From an uncultured Clostridia bacterium (GTDB lineage Bacteria; Bacillota; Clostridia; Lachnospirales; CAMZNU01), in the NCBI GenBank assembly GCA_947313885.1, contig CAMZNU010000002.1:4321-68320 (forward strand): a stretch of DNA of 64,000 nt, given 5' to 3'. The translations under genes and the position numbers were made by a program. How positions within the stretch are numbered: position 1 is the stretch's first letter; every line of letters begins with the position of its first letter. Positions 1-10,712 of this stretch are shown piece after piece. A model generated the notes under the pieces. That model ran no database searches. It had not been told where the DNA came from and saw only the letters and a program-made list of their open reading frames with translations.

Positions 1-1079
1 AATCAGACTTTGGAAATATGGCAATAGCACATAATGGAAATTTAATAAATGCATCAATAATAAAAGAGTTATTAGAAGATGTAGGAGGTAAATTTGAAAC
101 AACGACAGATTCAGAAGTTATAGCTAATATGATATGTAGGAAAAAAAATAAGAAAGATTTAAAAAAGGTGTTAGTAGATACGATATCAGCAATACAAGGT
201 TCATTTGCGTTAGTGATAGTTATAGATAATAAGTTAATAGGTATAAGAGACCCCCTTGGTATAAGACCGTTATGTATGGGTAAGTTAGAAGATGGCGGAA
301 TAATATTAGCATCAGAATCATGTGCAATAGATGCGGTAGGTGGGACGTTAATTAGGAATATAAAAGCAGGAGAAATAATAATAATAGATGAAAATGGTAT
401 AGAAGAAATAAATTATAAAGAAAAATCACATAGGGCGTCATGTTCTTTTGAACATATATATTTTGCTAGAGAAGATTCAATAATAGATGAAATAGATGTA
501 TATAAAACGAGATATGAAACAGGTAAAAAACTATGGGAGCAAAAAAAGGTAGAAGCGGATATAGTTATAGGTGTACCAGATTCTGGTATACCATCAGCAC
601 AAGGATATTCAGTAGCATCAAACATTCCATTTGTAACAGGAATAATAAAAAATAAATATGTAGGAAGAACGTTCATACAGCCATCACAAGAATTAAGGGA
701 AAAGGCGGTAAGTGTGAAGTTAAACCCTATAAAATCTATAATAGAAGGTATGAGAGTTGTAATAGTAGATGATTCGTTAGTAAGAGGGACAACGAGTAAA
801 AAGCTAGTAAAAATGTTAAGAGAAGCAGGAGCAAAAGAAATACATTTTAGATTAGCAAGCCCTACAGTAAAGTACCCATGTTATTTTGGAGTTGATATAG
901 CGTATAGAAAAGAGTTAATAGCATCTAGCAATACGGTAGAGCAGATAAGAGAATATATAGGAGTAGATACATTAGATTTTTTAAGTTTAGAGAATTTAAC
1001 AGAAGTATTAGGAAGTAATGAGTTTTGTTTAGGATGCTTTAATGGTAAATATCCACTATCAACTACATCTACTATGTAA
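1..1079 (+). CDS. purF: Amidophosphoribosyltransferase, 5'-truncated by the window edge
   Basis: The reading frame stays open upstream of the tracked Met at 18 (..SDFGN-MAIAHNGNLINA). PRTase motif VVIVDDSLVRGTT. C-terminal Cys ligands (CYFGVD, CLGCFNGKYP). Followed by purM/N/H/D. Confidence 0.9.
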   Translation, partial: SDFGNMAIAHNGNLINASIIKELLEDVGGKFETTTDSEVIANMICRKKNKKDLKKVLVDTISAIQGSFALVIVIDNKLIGIRDPLGIRPLCMGKLEDGGIILASESCAIDAVGGTLIRNIKAGEIIIIDENGIEEINYKEKSHRASCSFEHIYFAREDSIIDEIDVYKTRYETGKKLWEQKKVEADIVIGVPDSGIPSAQGYSVASNIPFVTGIIKNKYVGRTFIQPSQELREKAVSVKLNPIKSIIEGMRVVIVDDSLVRGTTSKKLVKMLREAGAKEIHFRLASPTVKYPCYFGVDIAYRKELIASSNTVEQIREYIGVDTLDFLSLENLTEVLGSNEFCLGCFNGKYPLSTTSTM

Positions 1080-1092
1080 AAGGAGATTTTAA

Positions 1093-2094
1093 ATGTCGAC
1101 AATTTCGTATAAAGATTCAGGGGTAAATAAGGAAGAAGGATATAAAACAGTAGATTTAATAAAAGACGTAGTAAAAAAAACACACAATAAAAATGTACTT
1201 ACAGGGCTTGGTAGTTTTGGAGCTATGTATGAATTAAGTAAAATGGAAAACCCAGTATTAGTATCAGGAACAGATGGAGTAGGTACAAAATTAGAAGTAG
1301 CATTCAAAACAAAAAAATACGATACAGTGGGAATAGATTGTGTAGCTATGTGTGTAAATGATATATTATGCCACGGTGCAAAACCGTTATTTTTCTTAGA
1401 CTATATAGGTTGTGGAAAATTAGAAAGTGAAGTTGCGTCTAAATTAGTAGAAGGAATTGCTAAAGGTTGTGAGGAGACGGGGACGTCATTAGTCGGCGGT
1501 GAAACGGCAGAAATGCCAGGGTTTTATAAAGATGGAGATTATGACATAGCGGGGTTTGCTGTTGGTGTAGTAGAAAAAGAAAATATTATAAAGGGAGAAA
1601 ACATAGAAGAAGGGGATAGTATAATAGCTATACCGTCATCAGGAGTACATAGCAATGGATTTTCATTAATTAGAAAAGTAGTAAAAGATTATGATGAGAA
1701 GTTTGAAGATTGGAGTATAAGTGATGAGTTATTAATTCCTACAAAATTGTATGTTAACACTATACTTAAAATGTTAGAACAACATAGAGTAAAAGGGTTA
1801 GCACATATAACAGGTGGTGGAATAATAGAAAATTTACCGCGAATAATACCAAAAGGGTTAGAAGCCAATGTGGAAAAAGGAAAAATTAAAGTGTTGCCTA
1901 TATTTAAATATTTAAGTTCAAAAGGGATAGAGGAAGAAGAAATGTGGGGAACGTTTAATATGGGAGTAGGGTTTGTAGTAGTAGTAAGTAATGATAAAAA
2001 GGAAAGTGTAATAGAAACATTAGAAAAATTAGGCGAGAGTCCGTATGAGATAGGAGTTATTACTAGAGGGGTAAATGGAATATGTTTAAAATAG
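1093..2094 (+). CDS. purM: Phosphoribosylformylglycinamidine cyclo-ligase (AIR synthetase)
   Basis: 333 aa with GTDGVGTKL and AIRS N- and C-domain pattern. RBS aaggag lies 8 nt upstream. pur operon context. Confidence 0.93.
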   Translation: MSTISYKDSGVNKEEGYKTVDLIKDVVKKTHNKNVLTGLGSFGAMYELSKMENPVLVSGTDGVGTKLEVAFKTKKYDTVGIDCVAMCVNDILCHGAKPLFFLDYIGCGKLESEVASKLVEGIAKGCEETGTSLVGGETAEMPGFYKDGDYDIAGFAVGVVEKENIIKGENIEEGDSIIAIPSSGVHSNGFSLIRKVVKDYDEKFEDWSISDELLIPTKLYVNTILKMLEQHRVKGLAHITGGGIIENLPRIIPKGLEANVEKGKIKVLPIFKYLSSKGIEEEEMWGTFNMGVGFVVVVSNDKKESVIETLEKLGESPYEIGVITRGVNGICLK

Positions 2095-2660
2095 CTGTTT
2101 TAATTTCAGGGCAAGGTAGTAACTTAGAAGCGATAATGAACAGAAGTGATAGTAGTAAAATATATGAAGTTAAATATGTAATAGCAGATAGGGAATGTAA
2201 AGGAATTGAGCTAGCAAAAAAAAGGGATATAAAAACAAGAGTATATAATAGGAAGAAACTAGGTAAAAAAATATCAAAAGAGATAGATATGTACTTAAAA
2301 GATGATATAGATTTAATAGTGTTAGCAGGGTACTTATCTATATTGGATGAGGAGTTTATAAATAGAAGGAAAGGAAAAATAATAAATATACATCCAGCTA
2401 TTAGTGAGAAGTATGGCGGTAAAGGTATGTATGGTGACGTTGTACATAAACATGTATTGAAAAATAAAGAAAAACAATCAGGGTGTACGGTACATTTTGT
2501 AGATAGTGGAGTAGATACAGGTGAAATAATAAGTAAAAGCATAGTGAAAGTTATGGAAGATGATACAGTAGAGAGCCTAAAAAAAAGAATATTAATAGAG
2601 GAACATAAGTTGTTACCAGATACTATAGAAAAAATTTTAATTAACCAGTATAGGAGATAA
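2082..2660 (+). CDS. purN: Phosphoribosylglycinamide formyltransferase
   Basis: 192 aa with MFKIAVLISGQGSNL, IINIHPA and TVHFVDSGVDTGEII motifs. Overlaps the purM end by 13 nt. Confidence 0.9.
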   Translation: MFKIAVLISGQGSNLEAIMNRSDSSKIYEVKYVIADRECKGIELAKKRDIKTRVYNRKKLGKKISKEIDMYLKDDIDLIVLAGYLSILDEEFINRRKGKIINIHPAISEKYGGKGMYGDVVHKHVLKNKEKQSGCTVHFVDSGVDTGEIISKSIVKVMEDDTVESLKKRILIEEHKLLPDTIEKILINQYRR

Positions 2661-2663
2661 ATT

Positions 2664-4166
2664 ATGAAAAGAGCGTTAATATCTGTATATGACAAAAAAG
2701 GGATTATAGAGTTTACGAAATTTTTAGTTAAAGAAGGTGTAGAAATAATTTCAACAGGTGGTACATATAAACATTTAAAAGATAATGGTATAGCGGTAAC
2801 AAAAGTAAGTGACATAACAAAAGAAGAAGAAATATTAGGTGGTAGAGTAAAAACATTGCACCCTATTATACATGGTGGGATATTAGCAATTAGAAGTGAT
2901 GATGAGCATATGAAAACATTAGAGAAAAAAGAAATTAAGCCTATAGATATAATTGTAGTTAATTTATATCCATTTTTTGAAGAAGTAAATAACGATATAA
3001 CATTTGATAGTAAAGTTGAGTTTATAGATATTGGAGGACCTACAATGTTAAGGTCAGCAGGTAAATCTTTTAAAGATGTTGTAGTTATATCAGACGTTGA
3101 AGATTATAAATTAGTAAAAGATGAAATGGAGTTAGGAGAAGTTAAATTTGAAACTAGAAAAAAATTAGCAGGTAAAGTATTTAATTTAACGGCATCATAT
3201 GATGCATGTATATCAAATTTCTTACTAGAAGGGGAAATGGGTAAATATTTAAATGCGTCGTACGTTAAAAAAATGGATTTAAGGTACGGAGAAAACCCGC
3301 ATCAAAAATCAGCATATTACGTATCAACATCAGAAAAAGGTGCTATGAAAGATTTTGAGCAATTAAACGGTAAGCAATTATCATTTAATAATATTAGAGA
3401 TATGGATGTAGCATGGAAAATAGTAAGTGAGTTTAATGAAAAAGAACAATATGTATGCTGTGGTTTAAAACATTCTACACCGTGTGGTGTAGCAATAGGA
3501 GAGACAGTAGTAGAAAGTTATTTAAAAGCTTACGAATGTGATCCAATGTCAATATTCGGAGGAATAGTTGCATTTAACGGAGAAGTGGATAAAGATACAG
3601 CGTTAGAAGTTGTAAAAATATTTTTGGAAATAGTAATAGCACCATCATTTACAGATGAAGCGATAGAAGTACTAAAAGGTAAGAAAAATTTAAGAATAAT
3701 AAAAACATATGTTAAACCTAATGATAAAGAGGAATATATAAAAGTAGACGGTGGAATATTAGTGCAAGAAAGAGATAATACTTTTTCAAATGAATTTAAT
3801 GTTGTAACAAAAAGAAAACCAACAAAAGAGGAAGAGAAAGACTTAATATTTGGGATGAAAGTAGTAAAATATGTAAAATCAAATGGGATAGTAGTAGTAA
3901 AAGATGGAATGGCAAAAGGTATAGGAACGGGAGAGACAAATAGAATATGGGCAACAGAACAAGCGATTAAAAGAGCAGGTGATGGAGTAGTATTGGCATC
4001 GGATGCATTTTTACCATTTAGAGATGTTGTAGATATGTGTGGAAAAAATAATATCGTATCAATAATACAACCAGGTGGATCGGTAAAAGATGAAGAGTCT
4101 ATAAAAGCTTGTGATGAACAAAATATATCAATGGTATTAACAGGAGTTAGACACTTTAAACATTAG
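2664..4166 (+). CDS. purH: Bifunctional AICAR transformylase / IMP cyclohydrolase
   Basis: 500 aa. MGS-like N-terminus ([10 protein letters not shown]), YGENPHQ motif, C-terminal GGSVKD. Confidence 0.94.
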   Translation: MKRALISVYDKKGIIEFTKFLVKEGVEIISTGGTYKHLKDNGIAVTKVSDITKEEEILGGRVKTLHPIIHGGILAIRSDDEHMKTLEKKEIKPIDIIVVNLYPFFEEVNNDITFDSKVEFIDIGGPTMLRSAGKSFKDVVVISDVEDYKLVKDEMELGEVKFETRKKLAGKVFNLTASYDACISNFLLEGEMGKYLNASYVKKMDLRYGENPHQKSAYYVSTSEKGAMKDFEQLNGKQLSFNNIRDMDVAWKIVSEFNEKEQYVCCGLKHSTPCGVAIGETVVESYLKAYECDPMSIFGGIVAFNGEVDKDTALEVVKIFLEIVIAPSFTDEAIEVLKGKKNLRIIKTYVKPNDKEEYIKVDGGILVQERDNTFSNEFNVVTKRKPTKEEEKDLIFGMKVVKYVKSNGIVVVKDGMAKGIGTGETNRIWATEQAIKRAGDGVVLASDAFLPFRDVVDMCGKNNIVSIIQPGGSVKDEESIKACDEQNISMVLTGVRHFKH

Positions 4167-4187
4167 TTAATAATAGGAGAAGTATAT

Positions 4188-5438
4188 ATGAAAATTTTAA
4201 TAATAGGTGAAGGTGGACGTGAACATGCAATAGCATGGAAGTTTTCAAAAAATAAAAAAGTTTCTAAAATATACGTATCAAAAGGTAATGCAGGTATAGA
4301 AAAAATAAAAATATGCGAAAATGTAAAACTAGAATCTATAGAAGAAATAATATTATTTGCAAAAAATAAAAATGTAGATTTAGCAATAGTAGGTTCAGAA
4401 GAAATGTTAGTTAATGGAATAGTAGATGAATTTGAAAAAAATGGTTTGAAAATATTTGGTGCGAATAAAAAAACGGCAAAATTAGAAGGTAGTAAAATAT
4501 ATTCTAAACAGTTTATGAAAAAATATAATATAAAAACAGCTAAATATGAAGAATTTATAAATTGTGAAAAAGCTATAAAATATTTAGAGTTAGAAAAATA
4601 TCCAATAGTAATAAAGGCAGATGGGCTAGCTGGTGGAAAAGGTGTAGTAATAGCTAAAAATAAAGAAGAAGCTGTAATAGAAATAAAAGAGATGTTACTA
4701 AATAATAAATTCAAAGAAGCAGGAAAGAAAATAATTATCGAGGAGTTTATAGAAGGGGTAGAAGTTTCTATATTATCTGTAATAGATGGAAATAATATAA
4801 TCCCTTTTATATCAGCAAAAGACCATAAAAAAATTGGTGAAGGTGAAACGGGATTAAACACAGGAGGTATGGGGGTAATAGTTCCAAACCCATACGTAAC
4901 ACCAACAATAATGGAAGATTTTAAGAAAAATATAATTGATAAAACTTTAGTAGGTTTAAAAAAAGAAGATATGTTATTTAAAGGAGTTGTATTTTTTGGA
5001 GCTATAATAAATGAAAAAGGAATTTATTTATTAGAATATAATGTAAGATTAGGAGATCCAGAAACACAATGTATTTTACCGATAATGGAAAGTGATTTTT
5101 TAGAAATCATTGAAAAAGCTATGGAAGGCAATTTAAAAGAAGAACATATTAAATGGCAGAAAAAACATGCATGTTGCGTTACAGCAGTGAGTAAAGGATA
5201 CCCAGAAAAATATGAAGTAGGGTATGAAATAAAAGGATTAGAAAACATAGACGATGAAAATATATTTTTTGCAGGGTGTACAAAATCAAAAGATGGAAAA
5301 ATAATTACAAATGGTGGACGTGTACTAAATATTATAGGTAAAGGGGACACTAAAGAAGAAGCTATAAAAAATAGTTATGAAATAATAAAGAAGATAGAAT
5401 TTAAAAATATGTATTATAGAAAAGATATAGGTAAGTAA
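4188..5438 (+). CDS. purD: Phosphoribosylamine-glycine ligase (GAR synthetase)
   Basis: 416 aa. MKILIIGEGGREHAIAWK N-terminus, ATP-grasp VIKADGLAGGKGV, RLGDPE. Confidence 0.94.
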   Translation: MKILIIGEGGREHAIAWKFSKNKKVSKIYVSKGNAGIEKIKICENVKLESIEEIILFAKNKNVDLAIVGSEEMLVNGIVDEFEKNGLKIFGANKKTAKLEGSKIYSKQFMKKYNIKTAKYEEFINCEKAIKYLELEKYPIVIKADGLAGGKGVVIAKNKEEAVIEIKEMLLNNKFKEAGKKIIIEEFIEGVEVSILSVIDGNNIIPFISAKDHKKIGEGETGLNTGGMGVIVPNPYVTPTIMEDFKKNIIDKTLVGLKKEDMLFKGVVFFGAIINEKGIYLLEYNVRLGDPETQCILPIMESDFLEIIEKAMEGNLKEEHIKWQKKHACCVTAVSKGYPEKYEVGYEIKGLENIDDENIFFAGCTKSKDGKIITNGGRVLNIIGKGDTKEEAIKNSYEIIKKIEFKNMYYRKDIGK

Positions 5439-5441
5439 AAT

Positions 5442-5488
5442 AAGCAATAAAAAAACTATGGTTACGAGCCGTAGTTTTTTTATTGCTT
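5442..5488 (+). terminator. Rho-independent terminator after purD
   Basis: 20-bp stem aagcaataaaaaaactatgg / ccgtagtttttttattgctt (one G-U pair) with a 7-nt loop, starting 3 nt after the stop codon. Confidence 0.8.
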
Positions 5489-5605
5489 ACTACTATGCAT
5501 TTTAATAAAAGTTATACAAAGGTAAATATAGAAATATACAAATCGTTAAATATCTGCTAAAATAATACAAAAAGGGACACTAAAACATTTAAGGGAGGTG
5601 AACTA

Positions 5606-8116
5606 ATGAGTTATTTCTATGAAACGGTACAAAGTAATGAAAACATACCAATTAAAATATTTACCCACGAATTAGAATATTCACCGTATCATTGGCATAG
5701 AGAAATAGAAATTTTATTTGTTTTAAATGGAGAAGTAGATATAAAAATAGGTAATGACAAATATACTGTATTAGAAAACGAAATATTTATAATAAACCCA
5801 AATGAAATACATTTTATATCATCAAAGGCAACGGATAATAAAGCAAAAATTTTAGTGTTGCAATTTAGTGCAAATGTTTTTAAAAAATATAATTTAGATA
5901 TATCAGACATGTTTTTTAGAATTGAAAGTAAAAAGAATGAAAAAAATAAAGAAATGTTTTATAATATGAAATCTATATTAGCTAACATAATGAATGTCGT
6001 AATAAACAATGAAACTTTGTTACGATTAAAGGTTGAAAAATTATTAATTGAATTGATCATAATAATGATTAATAATTTTAACGTAGAGGGGGCGGGAAAT
6101 AAAGATATAGCATTTCATTATGATGAACGTATTAATAAAATACTAAAATTTATAGATGATAAAAGCAATGAGCAAAGTTTAAGTATAAATAAAATTGCTA
6201 ATGAATTTTATTTAACGCCAGAATACTTATCAAAATATTTCAAAAAAAATGTTGGAATTTCATTAAAGAAGTTTATAAATGTAATTAGATTAAATAAATC
6301 TTTATATGACTTAAAGTTGAATAATGAAAATATATCGGATATAGCATATAAGTTTGGGTTTCCAGATACAAAAGCTTATTATAGAGTGTTTAAGGAGAAT
6401 ATTGGAACAACACCAATACAATATAGAAAAACATATAAAATAGAAGTAGAAAATAAAAATAAATTAAGTTATTTGAATGTGAATAGTGAAACGTCCTTAT
6501 CATCGTTATTTAAATATTTAAAATACAATACAAATGATACAGAAACATATTCACCAATTTACGATACAGTTGTAATAGATGGAAAAGTAAAAGGTGAGTT
6601 TAGAGAAAACAATTATGCAAATTTAACTACTTTTGGATATGCACCACATGGGTTAAGAAGTGATTTTGAAAGCCAGCTAAAGGAAGCACAAAGATGTATA
6701 AAATTTAAACATATACGATTTCATGGTATTTTTTCTGATGAAATACTTATTTATAATGAAGATAATGAAGGGGAAGTGTATTATAACTTTAATCACTTAG
6801 ATGCTCTTTTAGATATAATATTGAAAAATGAATTAACTCCATTTATAGAATTGGGGTTTATGCCAACACAATTAAGATCAAATGAAGAAACGGTTTTTTT
6901 ATGGAAAGCAAATATAAGCCCACCTAAAAAAGTTGAAAAGTGGAAAAATTTAATTGAAGAATTTTTAAAACATCTAATAAATAGGTATGGAATAGATAAC
7001 ATAAGAAAATGGCATTTTGAGTTTTGGAATGAACCAGAGTTTGGTGGGCTTTTTTGGTCATCAGATAAAAAAACTTTTTTTAATTTTTTCTTAGAGACGT
7101 ATAAAAGTGTTAAGAGCATTGATAAGGAAATAAAAATAGGCGGATTTGGAACTGTAAATCTAGAAAATTCTAAATCATGGTTAAATAGTTTTGAAAAGTT
7201 TTGTATTAAGAAAAAAATTAAATTAGATTTTTATAGTTTTCATATATATTTAACGACTATAAGTAACAAAGATGATAATTTATTAGATTCAAAATTAACG
7301 ATAGACAAAATAAGAAAAATGGAATTATCAAAGATAGGTGATATAAAATTAGGTAATAGCGAATATTTAAAAGAGTCCACTAATAAAATTTTAAAAAATG
7401 TAGAAAATGATATATTTAGTTCAAATTATTGGATTACAGAATGGAATGCTAGTACCAATAGTAGAGATCTAACACATGATACATGTTTTATGGCATCGTT
7501 TATAGTAAAAAACACACTTAGCATTAGTGATAAAGTAAGTGGTATGGGGTATTGGAGTTTATCAGACATATTTGAAGAACAAAGATTAGAACAACCGCTA
7601 TTTCATGGTGGATTTGGATTAATTACATATAACGGTTTAAAAAAACCAAGCTTCCATGCGTTTTATTTCATGAAAAAATTATTTGAAGAAATAATATACA
7701 TATCAGATAGTGCGATAGTGACGAAAAACAATGAAGATTATGGAGTAATAATATTTAATTATATACACTACAACGAATTATATAAAAAAAATGATCATTC
7801 ACAAATAAGCCAAAAAATTAGATATAACGTATTTGAAAACAATAATAAAAAAGAAATATCGTTAATATTAGAAAATATAGAAGGAGATTATTTAGTAGAA
7901 GAAGAATGGGTTAACCGTAAAAATGGTTCTGTATATGATGCGTGGTTAGAAATAGGTGCACCAGAAAAACTAACTAAAGAAGCGTATACAAAATTAAAAG
8001 CTAATAGTGAAGTTGGTTACAAAACATATGGCATTAACATTAAAGGTGATTTTAAAATAAATTTACGGTTATTGCCTCATGAGGTTAGGTACATATCAAT
8101 AAAGAAAAAATACTAA
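5606..8116 (+). CDS. AraC-family regulator (cupin + HTH) fused to a GH39-like glycoside hydrolase domain
   Basis: 836 aa. The N-terminus has a cupin (HWHREIEILFVLNGEV) and an AraC HTH (..IANEFYLTPEYLSKYFKK.., IAYKFGFPDTKAYYRVFKE). The C-terminal ~500 aa carries GH39/clan GH-A motifs FWNEPEF (acid/base Glu) and ITEWNAS (nucleophile Glu). Confidence 0.75.
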   Translation: MSYFYETVQSNENIPIKIFTHELEYSPYHWHREIEILFVLNGEVDIKIGNDKYTVLENEIFIINPNEIHFISSKATDNKAKILVLQFSANVFKKYNLDISDMFFRIESKKNEKNKEMFYNMKSILANIMNVVINNETLLRLKVEKLLIELIIIMINNFNVEGAGNKDIAFHYDERINKILKFIDDKSNEQSLSINKIANEFYLTPEYLSKYFKKNVGISLKKFINVIRLNKSLYDLKLNNENISDIAYKFGFPDTKAYYRVFKENIGTTPIQYRKTYKIEVENKNKLSYLNVNSETSLSSLFKYLKYNTNDTETYSPIYDTVVIDGKVKGEFRENNYANLTTFGYAPHGLRSDFESQLKEAQRCIKFKHIRFHGIFSDEILIYNEDNEGEVYYNFNHLDALLDIILKNELTPFIELGFMPTQLRSNEETVFLWKANISPPKKVEKWKNLIEEFLKHLINRYGIDNIRKWHFEFWNEPEFGGLFWSSDKKTFFNFFLETYKSVKSIDKEIKIGGFGTVNLENSKSWLNSFEKFCIKKKIKLDFYSFHIYLTTISNKDDNLLDSKLTIDKIRKMELSKIGDIKLGNSEYLKESTNKILKNVENDIFSSNYWITEWNASTNSRDLTHDTCFMASFIVKNTLSISDKVSGMGYWSLSDIFEEQRLEQPLFHGGFGLITYNGLKKPSFHAFYFMKKLFEEIIYISDSAIVTKNNEDYGVIIFNYIHYNELYKKNDHSQISQKIRYNVFENNNKKEISLILENIEGDYLVEEEWVNRKNGSVYDAWLEIGAPEKLTKEAYTKLKANSEVGYKTYGINIKGDFKINLRLLPHEVRYISIKKKY

Positions 8117-8118
8117 AA

Positions 8119-8150
8119 CAAACCTAATATTATATTGGGTTTATTTTTTT
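8119..8150 (+). terminator. Putative terminator after the AraC::GH39 gene
   Basis: aaacctaat / attgggttt stem (one G-U pair) followed by a T-run. Confidence 0.55.
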
Positions 8151-8169
8151 GTGCAAAAATCCATACAAA

Positions 8170-8235
8170 GTACCGAAAATAATAAAGATATAAGAAATGT
8201 GTACCAGAAATAGAAAGAAAAGATAATTTTCGGTA
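8170..8235. promoter_or_regulatory. Three copies of a TACC(G)GAAA(A)T motif (two direct, one inverted); candidate operator for the downstream operon
   Basis: gtaccgaaaataa (8170-8182) and gtaccagaaatag (8201-8213) lie 31 nt apart. The reverse complement of 8223-8235 is taccgaaaattat. All sit 80-145 nt upstream of pgmB and just downstream of the AraC-type gene. Confidence 0.3.
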
Positions 8236-8314
8236 TAAATTTAGATGAAAATGGAATGATATTAATAAAAATAGCGTATATAATTACTATACAATGATAT
8301 GAAAGGAGGGAAAT

Positions 8315-8959
8315 ATGAAATTAATAATATTCGATTTAGATGGAGTTATAGTTTCGACAGATAAATATCATTATTTAGCTTGGAAAAAAATTTCTACAAA
8401 TAATGAGATGGAATTTGATGAAAAACTTAACAATGAATTAAGAGGTGTAAGTAGAGTTGAAAGTTTAAAAATAATTTTAAACTTTAATAATAAAGTTATT
8501 GATGACGTTAAGTTTAATGAATTATTAGAAGAAAAAAATGATATCTACAAAAGCTCATTAAGTTCATTAAGTGAAAAAGATATATTAGAAGGAGTAATTC
8601 CATTAATAAAGTCGTTAAAAGATAACGGGATTAAAATTGCAATAGGTTCATCTAGTAAAAATGCTAAGACGATTCTTAAGCAGGTAAAACTTATTGATGA
8701 GTTTGATGCGATAGTAGATGGAAACGACATAAAAAATAGCAAACCAGATCCAGAAGTATTTATTAAATGTTGCGAGAAATTAAGTATAAGTAATTTAGAT
8801 AGTTATGTTTTTGAAGATGCAGAAGCGGGAGTAGAAGCAGGACTAAGAGGAAATATGAAAACTATAGGCGTTGGAAAAGAAAAATTAAAAAAAGCACATA
8901 TACATTTTGAAAGTTTAAATAATATAACATACGACACATTAAAAAATTTAAAAATATAA
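8315..8959 (+). CDS. pgmB: Beta-phosphoglucomutase (HAD superfamily)
   Basis: 214 aa with the four HAD motifs: FDLDGVI, GSSSKN, KPDPEVF, FEDAEAGVEAG. Confidence 0.8.
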   Translation: MKLIIFDLDGVIVSTDKYHYLAWKKISTNNEMEFDEKLNNELRGVSRVESLKIILNFNNKVIDDVKFNELLEEKNDIYKSSLSSLSEKDILEGVIPLIKSLKDNGIKIAIGSSSKNAKTILKQVKLIDEFDAIVDGNDIKNSKPDPEVFIKCCEKLSISNLDSYVFEDAEAGVEAGLRGNMKTIGVGKEKLKKAHIHFESLNNITYDTLKNLKI

Positions 8960-8970
8960 AGGAGATAATA

Positions 8971-10692
8971 ATGAATAATATTGATTTAAAAGGAATGCCA
9001 TTTAATTTAAATGATGAGGAAATAAAATGGGTAAATGAAACAAAAAATAATATGAGTATTGAAGAAAAAATAGGACAATTATTTTTCTTAATAGGATTTA
9101 CAACAGAAAAAGAAGTTTTAAAATCAGTAGTGAACAATATTAGACCAGGCGGAATGATGTATAGAAAAACGGGACAAAAAAATGTAGTAGAAGCACATAA
9201 AACTTTACAAAGTGCATCAAAAATTCCGATGCTTTTAGCCGCTAATATAGAGGCAGGAGGTAATGGACTTATAGAAGAAGGAACATTTTATGGTCATCAA
9301 ATGTTAGTAGGAGCTACAAAAGATGAAGAATATGCATATAAGCTAGGGCTAATATCAGGAAGAGAAGCAGGATCTGTAGGTGGTAATATGGCGTTTGCTC
9401 CAATTCTTGATATAAATAAAAACTTTAGAAATCCAATTACAAATGTAAGATCTTTTGGAGATGATAAAGAAACGATAGCAAAAATGAGTTCGGCATATGT
9501 TAGAGGTGCACAAGATGCAGGAATTAGTGTAACTATAAAACATTTCCCAGGTGATGGGATGGACGGTAGAGATCAACATTTAGTAACTACACATAATACA
9601 TGTGAAGTTGATGAATGGAGAGAAAGTTTTGGAATGATATATGAAAAAAGTATAAAAGATGGTGCAAGAGGATTAATGGTAGGACATATATCATTGCCAG
9701 CGTATATGGATAAGTATGCAAGTGATAAACCAGAATTAAAATACTATCCAGCAACATTAAACCCAGTATTATTAAATAAACTTTTAAGAGAAGAGTTAGG
9801 GTATAACGGTTTAACAATGACAGATGCAACATTAATGACAGGATTTGGACAAATGGGTAAAAGAAAAGATTTAGTACCGGAAAGTATAGCGGCAGGTTGT
9901 GATATGTTTTTATTTACAAGAATGCCAGAAGACGATTATAAGTTTATGATGGACGGATATAAAAATGGAGTAATTACAGATGAGAGGTTAGATGAAGCGT
10001 TAACAAGAATATTAGCAATGAAAGCATCGTTAAAAATGAACGGTAAAACAGTAGATGAGTTAGTGCCAGATAACTTTGATAAAATAAATAAAGAAGAACA
10101 TGATAGATGGACAAAAGAATTAGCTTATAAAGGAGTAACATTAGTTAAAAATGATGAAAATTTATTACCACTTGATAATAAAAAATACAAAAAAATAGGA
10201 ATAATGTATAACGGAAATGAATCTTTAGAAAAAGCAGTATTCGGAGAAGAAGAAAAAGGATTAAAAGTATATGAGAAGATGGTAAATGCATTAAACAAGC
10301 AAGGGTTTGAAGCTTTTTACTATGACTTTGGTAACATTATGAACGTGTTACAAGACATGCAAAAACCATTAGACGAGTGGACAAGTCAATTTGATGCAAT
10401 CATATATTTAACAAAAAAAGAAGTTATGTCAAATCAAACTAGCTTACAATTAAATTATAAAGCTATGGGATTTGATGCACCATGGTTTGTAAAAGAAGTA
10501 CCAACAATATTAGTATCTTTAGCAAATCCTTATCAAACTTATGACTTACCTATGATAAATACAGTTATAAATGCATATTCAGCTACAGAACATATTTTTG
10601 ATGCTATAGCAGAAAAAATAGCAGGTAAAAGTAAATTTGAAGGTATATCACCAGTACAATTAGACTTTAAAGAAATACCAATTATTTTATAG
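8971..10692 (+). CDS. Glycoside hydrolase family 3 (NagZ-like beta-N-acetylhexosaminidase/beta-glucosidase), cytoplasmic
   Basis: 573 aa with KHFPGDG..D.H and GLTMTDA motifs. No signal peptide. Confidence 0.8.
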   Translation: MNNIDLKGMPFNLNDEEIKWVNETKNNMSIEEKIGQLFFLIGFTTEKEVLKSVVNNIRPGGMMYRKTGQKNVVEAHKTLQSASKIPMLLAANIEAGGNGLIEEGTFYGHQMLVGATKDEEYAYKLGLISGREAGSVGGNMAFAPILDINKNFRNPITNVRSFGDDKETIAKMSSAYVRGAQDAGISVTIKHFPGDGMDGRDQHLVTTHNTCEVDEWRESFGMIYEKSIKDGARGLMVGHISLPAYMDKYASDKPELKYYPATLNPVLLNKLLREELGYNGLTMTDATLMTGFGQMGKRKDLVPESIAAGCDMFLFTRMPEDDYKFMMDGYKNGVITDERLDEALTRILAMKASLKMNGKTVDELVPDNFDKINKEEHDRWTKELAYKGVTLVKNDENLLPLDNKKYKKIGIMYNGNESLEKAVFGEEEKGLKVYEKMVNALNKQGFEAFYYDFGNIMNVLQDMQKPLDEWTSQFDAIIYLTKKEVMSNQTSLQLNYKAMGFDAPWFVKEVPTILVSLANPYQTYDLPMINTVINAYSATEHIFDAIAEKIAGKSKFEGISPVQLDFKEIPIIL

Positions 10693-10712
10693 AGCTAAAA
10701 TAGGAGAATTTT

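Noticed and set aside
2063-2815. A 250-aa minus-strand ORF. Similar long antisense ORFs occur at 4163-4861, 38573-39070, 43695-44297, 59029-59508 and 59890-60585, along with all the other 60-165-aa minus-strand ORFs that lie inside plus-strand genes.
   Set aside because: They lie entirely antisense to well-supported genes (purN/purH, purD, ccdA, rnfE, rng, radA). Their sequences are low-complexity and rich in S, I, F, L and N, as expected from an AT-rich complement. They have no RBS or recognisable motifs, so they are shadow ORFs.
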